Part shown: piece by piece, positions 1-8,226 of the stretch
Layout of the letters: every line of letters begins with the position of its first letter
Numbering within the stretch: position 1 is the first letter of the stretch
Assembly (NCBI RefSeq): GCF_000008465.1
Contig: NC_006512.1
Location: 1,920,001 to 1,952,000 of the forward strand
DNA length: 32,000 nucleotides
Reading direction: 5' to 3'
DNA from: Idiomarina loihiensis L2TR
GTDB taxonomy: Bacteria; Pseudomonadota; Gammaproteobacteria; Enterobacterales; Alteromonadaceae
Notes under the pieces: model-generated
Told to the model about the DNA's origin: nothing
What the model saw: only the letters and a program-made list of their open reading frames with translations
Databases searched by the model: none
Position numbers and translations under genes: made by a program

Positions 1-743
1 AGGTTGCGGCCGCGTTTAAATTCACTCACATCACCTATCAGTGCCAGCAGCGAGGTCGCTGTTATCGGTCCGATACCCGGCAGGGTCATCAGCCGCTGAC
101 TGTCTTCATTCCTTTCGGCCTGTGTCGCTAAGTGCTTATCCAGCGCTTTAACTTCTTCATCCACCGCTCGCAGCATCTGATAGAGCCGGTTGATGAGGTC
201 CCGTGACTGAAGCGTCAGCGCATTGCTGTCGTCTTCCAGTACCTCCGGTACTCTCTGTAATATCGTACCGACTCGCTTCGGTAAAAGAATGCCGTATTCG
301 GCCAGTTGCCCCCGCAACCTATTCGAGAACTGCGTTCTCGTCTGCACGAAGCCTTCCCGCTGATTGACCATCAATGCTAAGTCCTGCTGCTCAATGCTTT
401 TCAGCCTGACCGTCTGACGGTTGGGTCGTGATGCCGCCTCGGCTATTGCCCGGGCGTCATTCGCATCGTTCTTCTCACCCTGCAGGTACGCTTTGACGAA
501 ACGCGGTGGCAACGCCACCGTTTTATAACCCAGCTTTTCACATTCGCGGCGCCAGTAATGACTCATGCCGCAGGACTCAACCGCTACTTCACAGTCATCC
601 GTACGGCTCAGCGTCGCCAGCTTCGCTAACACTTTATTGCTGCGCAGTTTTTTATTAAAAACTTCCTGCTCATTTTCATCCAGCGCCAAAACCTGAATAA
701 AATCCTTTGCCAAATCCAGGGCAATTCTGTTTACAATAGCCAT
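1..743 (-). CDS. IS110 family transposase (partial; the C-terminus runs off the window at position 1)
   Basis: I translated the minus strand from the ATG at 743-741. The ORF track misses it because it leaves the window. Sequence: MAIVNRIALDLAKDFIQVLALDENEQEV..VESCGMSHYW..GEKNDANDARAIAEAA..RLMTLPGIGPITATSLLALIGDVSEFKRGRN. It has the DEDD-type N-terminal domain and the LPGIGxxTA helix-hairpin-helix C-terminal motif typical of IS110/IS1111 transposases. A GGAGAGG Shine-Dalgarno lies just upstream. Confidence 0.9.
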   Translation of the reverse strand, partial: MAIVNRIALDLAKDFIQVLALDENEQEVFNKKLRSNKVLAKLATLSRTDDCEVAVESCGMSHYWRRECEKLGYKTVALPPRFVKAYLQGEKNDANDARAIAEAASRPNRQTVRLKSIEQQDLALMVNQREGFVQTRTQFSNRLRGQLAEYGILLPKRVGTILQRVPEVLEDDSNALTLQSRDLINRLYQMLRAVDEEVKALDKHLATQAERNEDSQRLMTLPGIGPITATSLLALIGDVSEFKRGRN

Positions 744-805
744 TGGTCCTCTCCACTCTGTTCTATAGAAGCTTGAACCTCTATATTGGCACATTGCGAT
801 GCCGC
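1..805 (-). mobile_element. IS110-family insertion sequence, partial; the inner boundary is uncertain, somewhere between 744 and about 840
   Basis: It contains the transposase above plus a short 5' non-coding end. IS110 elements lack classical terminal inverted repeats and target duplications, so the end cannot be fixed by eye. The neighbouring ORF terminates at 806. Confidence 0.6.
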
Positions 806-1765
806 TTAGGAGGGAGGGGACCATCTCATCAGGTTACTCTCCAGCGTTTTCTCTTGTGTGCAATCGACAAATTCATAAACATAAGAGCTGGCTTCCGGAA
901 CTTCTAATCTGACAACTTGTTGGTATGTATGCTCATGACGGATAATCTTGCCACCCGTGGGTAATTTGGCATGATTAATATCGGGAAACCAGTTAGAAAT
1001 AGACTGACAACCACTTCTCGTCGACTCATCTAAACCAAAAATATCACCGGCCTGTTTATTAAAATCTGTAATTAACCCGTCTTCATTAACAATAACTTTG
1101 GGTCTTCTCGACTCGGCAAAAAACACCCGGTAAAGCGAGTTCTTACCTTTTAAGTAATCGTTAGACTTTTGAGTTTCCTGATTCAGACGTTTTGCAGCGA
1201 CTATTGTACGAGCCACTGCGAGAGGAATACAGATGTTAAAAAACAGAAAAATAAGTCCCAAAATATATAGAGACGCATCAGGTAACTGTTCGTTAATTCC
1301 TGTCAATTCTGATAAGTCGATATCGTTAAGAATAATATAAAACGGCACAATATTAAGAATGCCGTAGAATAATGCAGCACGTCCACCTAAAAGCATCAAC
1401 GCTATAAGTGGTGAAGCATACATAAACATTGAGCTAACTTGTGCAAGGCTCAAGTCGACTAATAAAAGATTACAGGACAAACTCGCGGCAATAATCATGA
1501 CATGCAGAGAATGAGCACAAAAATGATAGTATCGAGTACTTAACCAAAATAGGGTCAGCATCACTCCCAAAAATGTGGAGGTAACGCCTATAGTGAAAAT
1601 TAAATGCAACTCTAATAAAGGGACAAGCGTATCAATAAAAACAGCTAATGAAAGGAAAGCTCCCGAGAAAAGAATAATTCTTAGTGCGCTGACTCGCCAA
1701 TTGGGAACACCATTTTCTGACGTTCCTTCGTCTTTAAGCAGAAAAAAGTTATTTAAGAAGTTCAT
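806..1765 (-). CDS. Polytopic membrane sensor protein with a C-terminal PAS-like domain, apparently truncated at the IS110 junction (possible pseudogene)
   Basis: ATG at 1765. The N-terminal ~200 aa form multiple hydrophobic helices. They are followed by YRVFFAESRRPKVIVNEDGLITDFNKQAGDIFG...YEFVDCTQEKTLE, a PAS-fold-like sequence ending in a DxTxxK-type motif. No output domain (HisKA, GGDEF etc.) follows. The frame stops at 806, inside or next to the IS end. Confidence 0.55.
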   Translation of the reverse strand: MNFLNNFFLLKDEGTSENGVPNWRVSALRIILFSGAFLSLAVFIDTLVPLLELHLIFTIGVTSTFLGVMLTLFWLSTRYYHFCAHSLHVMIIAASLSCNLLLVDLSLAQVSSMFMYASPLIALMLLGGRAALFYGILNIVPFYIILNDIDLSELTGINEQLPDASLYILGLIFLFFNICIPLAVARTIVAAKRLNQETQKSNDYLKGKNSLYRVFFAESRRPKVIVNEDGLITDFNKQAGDIFGLDESTRSGCQSISNWFPDINHAKLPTGGKIIRHEHTYQQVVRLEVPEASSYVYEFVDCTQEKTLESNLMRWSPPS

Positions 1766-1837
1766 GCTGGCCCGAATCAGTTCTCAGACAGCCATTAAAG
1801 AACGTTAAACCTTAAAAATCAACTACCTTTACTCAAG

Positions 1838-2344
1838 TTACTCTATATTAATCAGGTGCTGTCGATAAAAACGCCAGTGTCTGGAGTTTATTAAATACCA
1901 GCCACAAACAAACCAACCAAAAACAATTGCGGCGCGACCAAATGAAAAAGCACCATGTTGTTCAATGAATAGCCAGAAAATAAGTACGGCATCAAAAATT
2001 AAAGAGAGTAATAACAGAGGTTGAGCAAAACGCATTAATCTATTTGCCCAGTTAGCTTTGTCTTCACCGACAAAGGTGGTTGCCAGCAAAACAATTAAAG
2101 CAGGCAGACCAATCAGTAACATCAGCCCGAACTGCTCTGAACTGGTGTAGAAAAGCTTCAGTAATCGAGTTCGGTCTTCAGAAAAAGTCAGAGATATAAT
2201 GGCGGCGACATAGCCACGCATTTCAAATAAAAGCACCAGCAGGAGCGAGAGCGGTATACTCGCCCGGCCCTCTTTATCCAGGTATCGTGCTCTCTCTACC
2301 AATCGCTGCCCGGCGCTTGTCGCCTCGCTGCCAGATTTTTTCAT
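1838..2344 (-). CDS. Hypothetical integral membrane protein (about 4 TM helices); start uncertain
   Basis: 168-aa ORF with hydrophobic segments (LSLLLVLLF, LMLLIGLPALIVLLATTF, LLLLSLIFDAVLIFWLFI, AAIVFGWFVCGWYL). The ATG at 2344 has no clear SD and overlaps the upstream ORF by 71 nt. Confidence 0.5.
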   Translation of the reverse strand: MKKSGSEATSAGQRLVERARYLDKEGRASIPLSLLLVLLFEMRGYVAAIISLTFSEDRTRLLKLFYTSSEQFGLMLLIGLPALIVLLATTFVGEDKANWANRLMRFAQPLLLLSLIFDAVLIFWLFIEQHGAFSFGRAAIVFGWFVCGWYLINSRHWRFYRQHLINIE

Positions 2345-2492
2345 GGAAATAATAACCTACTGTATTCACTAAAGGTTCAATCAGAGCAATAGCACCACCA
2401 AGCACGACATCGCCTGTCATTAACCAGACTACGCCAAAGGCGATGGTAAAATGCATGATACCAAATGATACTGTCTTTACTGCGTCTTTCAT
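2274..2492 (-). CDS. DUF2061-like small membrane protein
   Basis: 72 aa, ATG at 2492 preceded by a GGGAGA SD. The sequence ..HFTIAFGVVWLMTGD..GGAIALIEPLVNTVGYYFHEKIW matches my recollection of the DUF2061 pattern (two helices ending in HE+xW). Confidence 0.6.
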   Translation of the reverse strand: MKDAVKTVSFGIMHFTIAFGVVWLMTGDVVLGGAIALIEPLVNTVGYYFHEKIWQRGDKRRAAIGRESTIPG

Positions 2493-2549
2493 AACAATCT
2501 CCCGCGTCGACTTTTATTGATTGTTGCCGATTAAGATTGTTACAGCCAA

Positions 2550-2587
2550 TTGATAAAAGCGATAACCCTGTTCGCTGCAGGGTATTT
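2550..2587 (-). terminator. Possible weak terminator downstream of uvrB
   Basis: Imperfect hairpin CCCTG/CAGGG plus flanking AT pairs at 2561-2587. On the minus strand it is followed by CGCTTTTATC. Confidence 0.3.
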
Positions 2588-2591
2588 ATCT

Positions 2592-4625
2592 TTAAACCGC
2601 TCGTTTAAGTTGTTCGCGCAGTTCAGCGACTTCATCGCGCAGTTTACCTGCTTGTTCAAACTCAAGGTTCTGCGCCGCTTTGTACATCTCTTTCTCTTTA
2701 GCGTCGATTTCTTTCATCACCGCTTTCGCGTCTTTAACCACTACCGTGCGGGCATCATACCCGGAGGCCACTTCTGCCAGCGCTTTTTCAGCTTTACTCT
2801 TACGAGCTTTAGCTGACCCCTGCCCCAAGTCCATCACGTCGGTAATGTCTTTATTCAGTCCCTGCGGGGTAATACCGTGCTCTTTGTTGTAAGCAATTTG
2901 CTTCTCGCGGCGACGGTCTGTTTCATCCATAGCGCGTTGCATAGAGCCGGTAATACGGTCGGCGTATAAAATGGCGCGGCCGTTAACGTTACGTGCCGCA
3001 CGACCAATCGTCTGAATTAACGAACGATCGGAGCGCAGAAAGCCTTCTTTATCCGCATCTAATATCGCGACCAGCGACACTTCCGGCATATCCAGACCTT
3101 CCCGCAGCAAGTTAATACCGACCAGCACATCAAACTTACCCAGACGCAAATCGCGGATAATCTCCATACGTTCAACGGTATCAATGTCTGAATGCAGATA
3201 ACGCACCTTTATGCCGTGTTCATCCAGATAGTCGGCTAAATCTTCCGACATCTTTTTGGTCAAAGTTGTCGCCAGCACCCGCTCGCCGACCTCTGTCCGC
3301 AAGCGTATTTCAGACATTAAATCATCCACCTGGGTGGCAACCGGACGCACTTCTATCTGCGGATCAATCAATCCTGTCGGCCTGACAACCTGCTCAACCA
3401 CTTCATTACCACTGCGCTCTAATTCATACTTGCCCGGTGTCGCTGACACATACAGGGTTTGTGGCGCTATAGCCTCAAACTCATCAAATTTAAGCGGCCG
3501 GTTATCCAGTGCTGACGGTAAACGGAAACCGTATTCCACCAGATTTTCTTTACGCGAGCGGTCGCCTTTATACATAGCGCCAATCTGCGACACAGTAACG
3601 TGTGACTCATCAATGATAAGCAGTGCGTTATCCGGTAAGTAGTCCATTAAGGTTGGTGGCGGCTCGCCCGGCGCACGACCGGATAAATAGCGTGAGTAGT
3701 TTTCAATGCCCGAGCAATAGCCAAGCTCCAGCATCATTTCAATATCAAACTGCGTACGCTGATTAATCCGCTGCTCTTCTATGAGTTTATTTTGCTTAAG
3801 CAGAATATCGCGACGATCTTTCAGTTCATCTTTTATCTTTTCAATGGCTTTAACCAGCACTTCCCGCGGTGTTACATAATGCGTTTTCGGATAAATAGTG
3901 GCGCGCGCAACGTCTTTTTCCGTAATCTGTCCGGTTAAAGGTTCAAAAAAGCTAATCCGATCAACTTCGCTGTCAAACAGCTCCAGACGCACCGCTATTT
4001 CTTCCGACTCCGCCGGAAAGATATCTATCACATCGCCACGAACCCGGTAAGTACCGCGCTCGAAGGCTGCGTCGTTTCGCTTATACTGCAACTGAGCCAA
4101 ACGCCGCAGAACGTCGCGCTGATCGATAATGTCGCCACGACGCAAATGCAACATCATTTTCATGTAAGACTCGGGATCACCCAGACCGTAGATGGCTGAT
4201 ACCGACGCAACCAGAACCACATCACGGCGTTCCATCAGAGCTTTGGTAGCTGACAAGCGCATTTGCTCTATGTGGTCGTTAATTGAGGCGTCTTTCTCAA
4301 TGAAAGTATCGGTTGTCGGCACATAAGCTTCAGGCTGATAGTAGTCATAGTAAGAGACAAAGTATTCCACCGCGTTATTGGGGAAATACTCTTTCATCTC
4401 ACCATAAAGCTGCGCTGCCAGGGTTTTATTGTGTGCCAGTATCAAGGTAGGACGCTGCGAACGTTCAATGACATTCGCCATAGTAAAGGTTTTACCTGAA
4501 CCAGTTACCCCCAACAGCACCTGATGCGCCAGACCGGCGTCCAGATTATCGAGCAGCGACTCAATGGCTTTGGGCTGGTCACCCGCCGGCTTGTATTTAG
4601 AAACCAGTTCAAATTTCTTAGCCAC
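2592..4625 (-). CDS. uvrB: Excinuclease ABC subunit B (UvrB)
   Basis: 677 aa, near-colinear with E. coli UvrB as I remember it. Shared segments include [10 protein letters not shown] (Walker A), [40 protein letters not shown] and the C-terminal [15 protein letters not shown] motif. The GTG start at 4625 has a GAGGAGAG SD. Confidence 0.97.
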   Translation of the reverse strand: MAKKFELVSKYKPAGDQPKAIESLLDNLDAGLAHQVLLGVTGSGKTFTMANVIERSQRPTLILAHNKTLAAQLYGEMKEYFPNNAVEYFVSYYDYYQPEAYVPTTDTFIEKDASINDHIEQMRLSATKALMERRDVVLVASVSAIYGLGDPESYMKMMLHLRRGDIIDQRDVLRRLAQLQYKRNDAAFERGTYRVRGDVIDIFPAESEEIAVRLELFDSEVDRISFFEPLTGQITEKDVARATIYPKTHYVTPREVLVKAIEKIKDELKDRRDILLKQNKLIEEQRINQRTQFDIEMMLELGYCSGIENYSRYLSGRAPGEPPPTLMDYLPDNALLIIDESHVTVSQIGAMYKGDRSRKENLVEYGFRLPSALDNRPLKFDEFEAIAPQTLYVSATPGKYELERSGNEVVEQVVRPTGLIDPQIEVRPVATQVDDLMSEIRLRTEVGERVLATTLTKKMSEDLADYLDEHGIKVRYLHSDIDTVERMEIIRDLRLGKFDVLVGINLLREGLDMPEVSLVAILDADKEGFLRSDRSLIQTIGRAARNVNGRAILYADRITGSMQRAMDETDRRREKQIAYNKEHGITPQGLNKDITDVMDLGQGSAKARKSKAEKALAEVASGYDARTVVVKDAKAVMKEIDAKEKEMYKAAQNLEFEQAGKLRDEVAELREQLKRAV

Positions 4626-5976
4626 GTTCTCTCCTCAACTCGCGTGAAAACCACCAATACGCAATAACAGCAGTAAACAGATTAGCGACCACCCCGCCAA
4701 TGAATAAACCGGTTAAGTCAGCGAGTACACTCCCCAAATAAGAGAGCGGTACGAATAAAACAAATAACCGAATGATACTTAACCACAACGCGTTCATTGG
4801 CCGGTGCACAGCATTAAAGCTGGAATTGGTCAGTATAATAATGCCCTGCAACCCGTAACCCAACGGCATAATATAAATAAAGAGCTTAACAATGTCGGCA
4901 ACCGCCTGCTCTTCGGCAAATACCTGAGCTATCCAGTGTGCGGTTACCAGCATCAGTAAATAAATGATCGCCTGAATGGCCAGCACGGCTTTTAACGCGG
5001 TTCGATAGGCTTCTTTCACCCGATCAATACGATCCGCGCCGTAGTTCTGGCTAATTAATGGCGGCAACGACATAGACAACGCCAGTATAATGACGCTGGC
5101 CAGTGACTCCAGTCGGGACCCGACACCGAACGCTGCCACGGCTGGAGCTCCATAAGATGCGACAATAGCAGTCATCACTGACATAGCTAATGGCGTCAGC
5201 ATATTGGCGCTGGCTGCCGGCATACCTATTTTTAAAATACCGCGGGCTGACTTAACCCATGCCTGAAAAAAAGGTCGTCCGGCCGGCGGTTTAGAAGAAA
5301 CCAGCTTGTTTCTGCGCAGCAACCAAAACACTAAAAAGACACCACTAAACCAGGAAATAACACTAGCAAGAGCAGCACCTTCAATGCCCATGGCAGGAAT
5401 AGGCCCTAGCCCAAAAATTAAAATTGGATCGAAAATGGCGTTCGCCAACCCACCGGAAGCCATAATAAGCGATGGTGTTCGTGTGTCACCGGCGGCTCGC
5501 AGAACCGCATTCCCAACCATAGGCGTAACCAACATCACGCAGCCCAGATACCAGAGCGTCATATACTCCCGTATCAATGGCATTAGCCGTTCCTGTGCCT
5601 GCAATAAACTGAAAACCGGATCCATCAGCAGGTAGCCAATAAGCGCCAATGCAGCAACTAGTATGGCGGATACTGAAAGCGCAGAAAAACCGTCAAAATG
5701 AGCCTCTTCCGGCCTGTCGGAGCCGTATTTACGGGCAATGACGGCAGAAGTGCCTATGCCTAAACCTATGGCCAGGCTTATAACGGTGAAAGTAACGGGA
5801 AAGGTAAAGCTGACAGCCGCAAGAGGGTCTGTTCCGAGCATACTGATAAAGAAGGTATCGACAACATTGAAGCTAATGAGAGTAGCCACACCGAAAATAA
5901 CCGGCCAGGTCATTTCCCAGAGTTTTTGTCCTACCGGCGCGCTGATAAGACTTCTTGATGCGTCGGCAGCTGCCAT
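4618..5976 (-). CDS. MATE family efflux transporter
   Basis: 452 aa with about 12 TM helices. The N-terminal [21 protein letters not shown] pattern and the overall length are typical of MATE (NorM/DinF-type) transporters. Its 3' end overlaps the uvrB start by 8 nt. Confidence 0.85.
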   Translation of the reverse strand: MAAADASRSLISAPVGQKLWEMTWPVIFGVATLISFNVVDTFFISMLGTDPLAAVSFTFPVTFTVISLAIGLGIGTSAVIARKYGSDRPEEAHFDGFSALSVSAILVAALALIGYLLMDPVFSLLQAQERLMPLIREYMTLWYLGCVMLVTPMVGNAVLRAAGDTRTPSLIMASGGLANAIFDPILIFGLGPIPAMGIEGAALASVISWFSGVFLVFWLLRRNKLVSSKPPAGRPFFQAWVKSARGILKIGMPAASANMLTPLAMSVMTAIVASYGAPAVAAFGVGSRLESLASVIILALSMSLPPLISQNYGADRIDRVKEAYRTALKAVLAIQAIIYLLMLVTAHWIAQVFAEEQAVADIVKLFIYIMPLGYGLQGIIILTNSSFNAVHRPMNALWLSIIRLFVLFVPLSYLGSVLADLTGLFIGGVVANLFTAVIAYWWFSRELRRERG

Positions 5977-6109
5977 TCAATCCCTCCTCAGTTCGATAGC
6001 CGAATAGTGTACATGAGACTGTGCTTTGTGGCTACGGAGAATAGACTTTAGCCACTGCGATCCGTATAGTAATGGGCATTTCAACCCTTGCGAAAAACAG
6101 GATCTGAAC

Positions 6110-7297
6110 GTGGATTATCAACTCTCTGATCGTATCAATGCGATTCAACCATCGCCGACTCTGGCGGTTACTCAAAAAGCCAATGAATTACGCCAACAAG
6201 GCAAAGATGTTATTGGTCTGGGCGTCGGCGAGCCAGATTTTGATACACCAGATTTTATCAAAGAAGCGGCTATTCAGGCGATTCGCGATGGTAAAACAAA
6301 ATATACTGCAGTTGATGGCATCGACGAGCTAAAAGATGCAGTCATTAAAAAGCTGCAGCGCGACAATAACCTGAGCTACGAGCGCAAAGAAATTATTGTC
6401 TCTGCCGGCGGCAAACACAGTATTTTTAATTTGCTCAGTGCCTGGTTAAACCCGGGTGATGAAGTCATTATCCCCGCACCTTATTGGGTTTCTTATCCGG
6501 ATATGACCAAACTAGTTGGCGCAGAGCCCGTTATTGTTAAAGCCGGTATTGATCAGCGTTTTAAGATCACACCAGAACAACTGCGCGAAGCCTTGACCGA
6601 TAAAACCCGGTTAATGTTCATTAATAGCCCGTCTAACCCGGCGGGAACGGCATACACAGCAGACGAACTAAAAGCTTTGGCTGAAGTATTGCGTGACTAT
6701 CCAAAGGTACTTATCGCCACTGATGATATGTATGAACATATCCTCTGGAGTGATTCGGCTTTTGCTAACTTCCCTATGGTGGCTCCGGATCTTAAAGATC
6801 GCACCGTTATCCTGACCGGAGTATCCAAAGCTTATGCAATGACAGGCTGGCGTATCGGTTATGCTGCCGGACCTAAACCTATTATTGCAGCCATGAAAAA
6901 AATGCAGTCACAAAGTACTTCAAATCCAACCAGCATCAGTCAGTATGCAGCGGCGGCGGCATTAAATGGTGACCAGAGCTGCATTGACACAATGGTAAGT
7001 GCATTTAAAGAGCGTCACGACTACCTGGTAGATGCCTTAAATAGTATCGACGGCGTTAACTGTGTGCCCGGTGACGGTACCTTCTACGCGTTCGCACAGG
7101 TTGACGAACTAATGGCTAAAGCTAAGGTCAGCAGTGACGTTGAACTTTGCGAAAAACTACTTACCGAAGCAAACGTGGCCCTAGTGCCGGGCTCAGCTTT
7201 CGGTACCGATGGTTATTGCCGCCTGTCCTTTGCGACCAGCATGGATGTATTAAAAGAAGCGGTTAAGAGAATTAAAGACTTCTCAGAAAGTTTATAA
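6110..7297 (+). CDS. Pyridoxal-phosphate-dependent class I aminotransferase (aspartate aminotransferase-like)
   Basis: Motifs seen: IQPSPTLAV..A.ELRQQGKDVIGLGVGEPDFDTP, the NSPSNPAGT substrate motif and the SKAYAMTGWRIGY PLP-lysine motif. The track ORF starts at TTG 6026. I prefer the in-frame GTG at 6110, which has AGGA 7 nt upstream and gives a typical ~395-aa product starting VDYQLSDRINAIQPSP. Confidence 0.9.
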   Translation: MDYQLSDRINAIQPSPTLAVTQKANELRQQGKDVIGLGVGEPDFDTPDFIKEAAIQAIRDGKTKYTAVDGIDELKDAVIKKLQRDNNLSYERKEIIVSAGGKHSIFNLLSAWLNPGDEVIIPAPYWVSYPDMTKLVGAEPVIVKAGIDQRFKITPEQLREALTDKTRLMFINSPSNPAGTAYTADELKALAEVLRDYPKVLIATDDMYEHILWSDSAFANFPMVAPDLKDRTVILTGVSKAYAMTGWRIGYAAGPKPIIAAMKKMQSQSTSNPTSISQYAAAAALNGDQSCIDTMVSAFKERHDYLVDALNSIDGVNCVPGDGTFYAFAQVDELMAKAKVSSDVELCEKLLTEANVALVPGSAFGTDGYCRLSFATSMDVLKEAVKRIKDFSESL

Positions 7298-7303
7298 AAT
7301 AAA

Positions 7304-7340
7304 GGTTTTGGCGCCATTTTCCTGAATGAGCACCAAAACC
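7304..7340 (+). terminator. Possible hairpin terminator after the aminotransferase gene
   Basis: GGTTTTGGCGC (7304-7314) pairs with GCACCAAAACC (7330-7340) with one mismatch. No strong T-run follows. Confidence 0.3.
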
Positions 7341-7724
7341 CTATTAATTGAACAGTCATTCCAGCTCAAATCACGCCAATATTGCCCTTTTCTATTTTGA
7401 TAGTTTTATTACAAATTACTAAAAGTTGACCTCAGATAAAGTCAATCAGATCCCGATCAATTTAAGCAATGTCAAGCCCGATCAACTTATTTTTAGAAAG
7501 ATTTTTTGGCGCGTTTTTTAGTCAAATTCACTAAGAAATACACAAGTTGCTGATTCTTCAGGCATTGGTTGGTGACGTAATCACCAACATGAGTGTTTAT
7601 TCATCAAAATAACATAACCCATTGTATTTTATAGAAATTAAATCACTGCGTTATTTTTTAACCAGACCTAAAAATGCCTTCAAACCCGCATGAGTCTTAC
7701 GACTTAACAGAGTTAAACACAAGG

Positions 7725-7794
7725 TTATCCACAGATTCCGTGGATAAGATCATGTAGCCGTTATCTACTGCGACATTCAGATATCTGTGGATAA
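7725..7794. promoter_or_regulatory. Cluster of DnaA boxes, two perfect and one 8/9 (candidate DARS/datA-like or DnaA-controlled element)
   Basis: TTATCCACA at 7725-7733 (+). CGTGGATAA at 7739-7747 is TTATCCACG on the minus strand. TGTGGATAA at 7786-7794 is TTATCCACA on the minus strand. A weaker TTATCTACT sits at 7761-7769. GATC sites at 7748-7751 and 7798-7801 lie next to boxes 2 and 3. Confidence 0.6.
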
Positions 7795-7966
7795 TGAGAT
7801 CAGCGATAAACATAGCACTTATGTTATAGATGAATATTTTACAGTTACTTGACATTGTCATCGACAGCGATTGGCGTATGTTTTAGCGCTAATATGATTA
7901 AAAAAGCTATTTTGTCGACTTTTTCGACAACCGAACCGTTTTCCTTTAAAAACCTTCGCAGAATAG

Positions 7967-7995
7967 TTGACACCCCTGCGTATGAGCTTTAATAT
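7967..7995 (+). promoter_or_regulatory. Sigma70 promoter of the tRNA-Asn tandem
   Basis: TTGACA (7967-7972), a 17-nt spacer, then TAATAT (7990-7995). A GC-rich discriminator TCGCAGCC follows and an A/T-rich stretch (TTTCCTTTAAAAA) lies upstream. The tRNA 5' end is 21 nt downstream of the -10 element. Confidence 0.6.
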
Positions 7996-8015
7996 TCGCA
8001 GCCGTTGAATGTTGT

Positions 8016-8092
8016 TCCCCAGTAGCTCAGTTGGTTAGAGCGGTGGACTGTTAATCCATGTGTCGTTGGTTCGAATCCAACCTGGGGAGCCA
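8016..8092 (+). tRNA. tRNA-Asn (anticodon GTT), copy 1
   Basis: Folded by hand: acceptor TCCCCAG/CTGGGGA, D-arm GCTC-AGTTGGTTA-GAGC, anticodon arm GTGGA-CTGTTAA-TCCAT, T-arm GTTGG-TTCGAAT-CCAAC, discriminator G and an encoded CCA. It closely resembles E. coli tRNA-Asn. Confidence 0.95.
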
Positions 8093-8114
8093 AGCAACAT
8101 CCAACCTGTTCAAT

Positions 8115-8191
8115 TCCCCAGTAGCTCAGTTGGTTAGAGCGGTGGACTGTTAATCCATGTGTCGTTGGTTCGAATCCAACCTGGGGAGCCA
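8115..8191 (+). tRNA. tRNA-Asn (anticodon GTT), copy 2
   Basis: 77 nt, identical to copy 1, after a 22-nt spacer. Confidence 0.95.
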
Positions 8192-8202
8192 CATTTAGAG
8201 AG

Positions 8203-8226
8203 AACCGCCTATACGGCGGTTTTTTC
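8203..8226 (+). terminator. Rho-independent terminator of the tRNA operon
   Basis: AACCGCC (8203-8209), loop TATAC, GGCGGTT (8215-8221), followed by a T-run. It overlaps the stop codon of the convergent glycosyltransferase gene. Confidence 0.8.

Noticed and set aside
2550-3642. Plus-strand ORFs 2550-2816, 2680-2892 and 3256-3642
   Set aside because: They are antisense to the very well supported uvrB frame, with low-complexity translations. They are shadow ORFs.
4626-6109. SOS (LexA) box upstream of uvrB or the MATE gene
   Set aside because: No CTGT-N8-ACAG match was seen in the segments I read closely (the last ~130 nt of the MATE gene and the 5977-6109 intergenic region). I did not scan the whole MATE gene rigorously.
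7567-7588. The perfect palindrome GTTGGTGA-CGTAA-TCACCAAC, as a CRP site
   Set aside because: The half-sites GGTGA/TCACC are separated by 5 nt rather than the 6 nt of TGTGA-N6-TCACA. It may bind some other dimeric regulator, but I cannot name one.
7298-8015. Could the AT-rich region with DnaA boxes, GATC sites and a 13-mer-like element be the chromosomal origin oriC?
   Set aside because: The gene context is wrong for gammaproteobacterial oriC: there is no mnmG/mioC/dnaA neighbourhood. Only one decent 13-mer-like element is present, and it lies about 240 bp from the boxes rather than directly adjacent. The number of boxes is small. A DARS/datA-like or promoter-regulatory role is more plausible. 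Only whole-genome skew or marker-frequency data can settle it.
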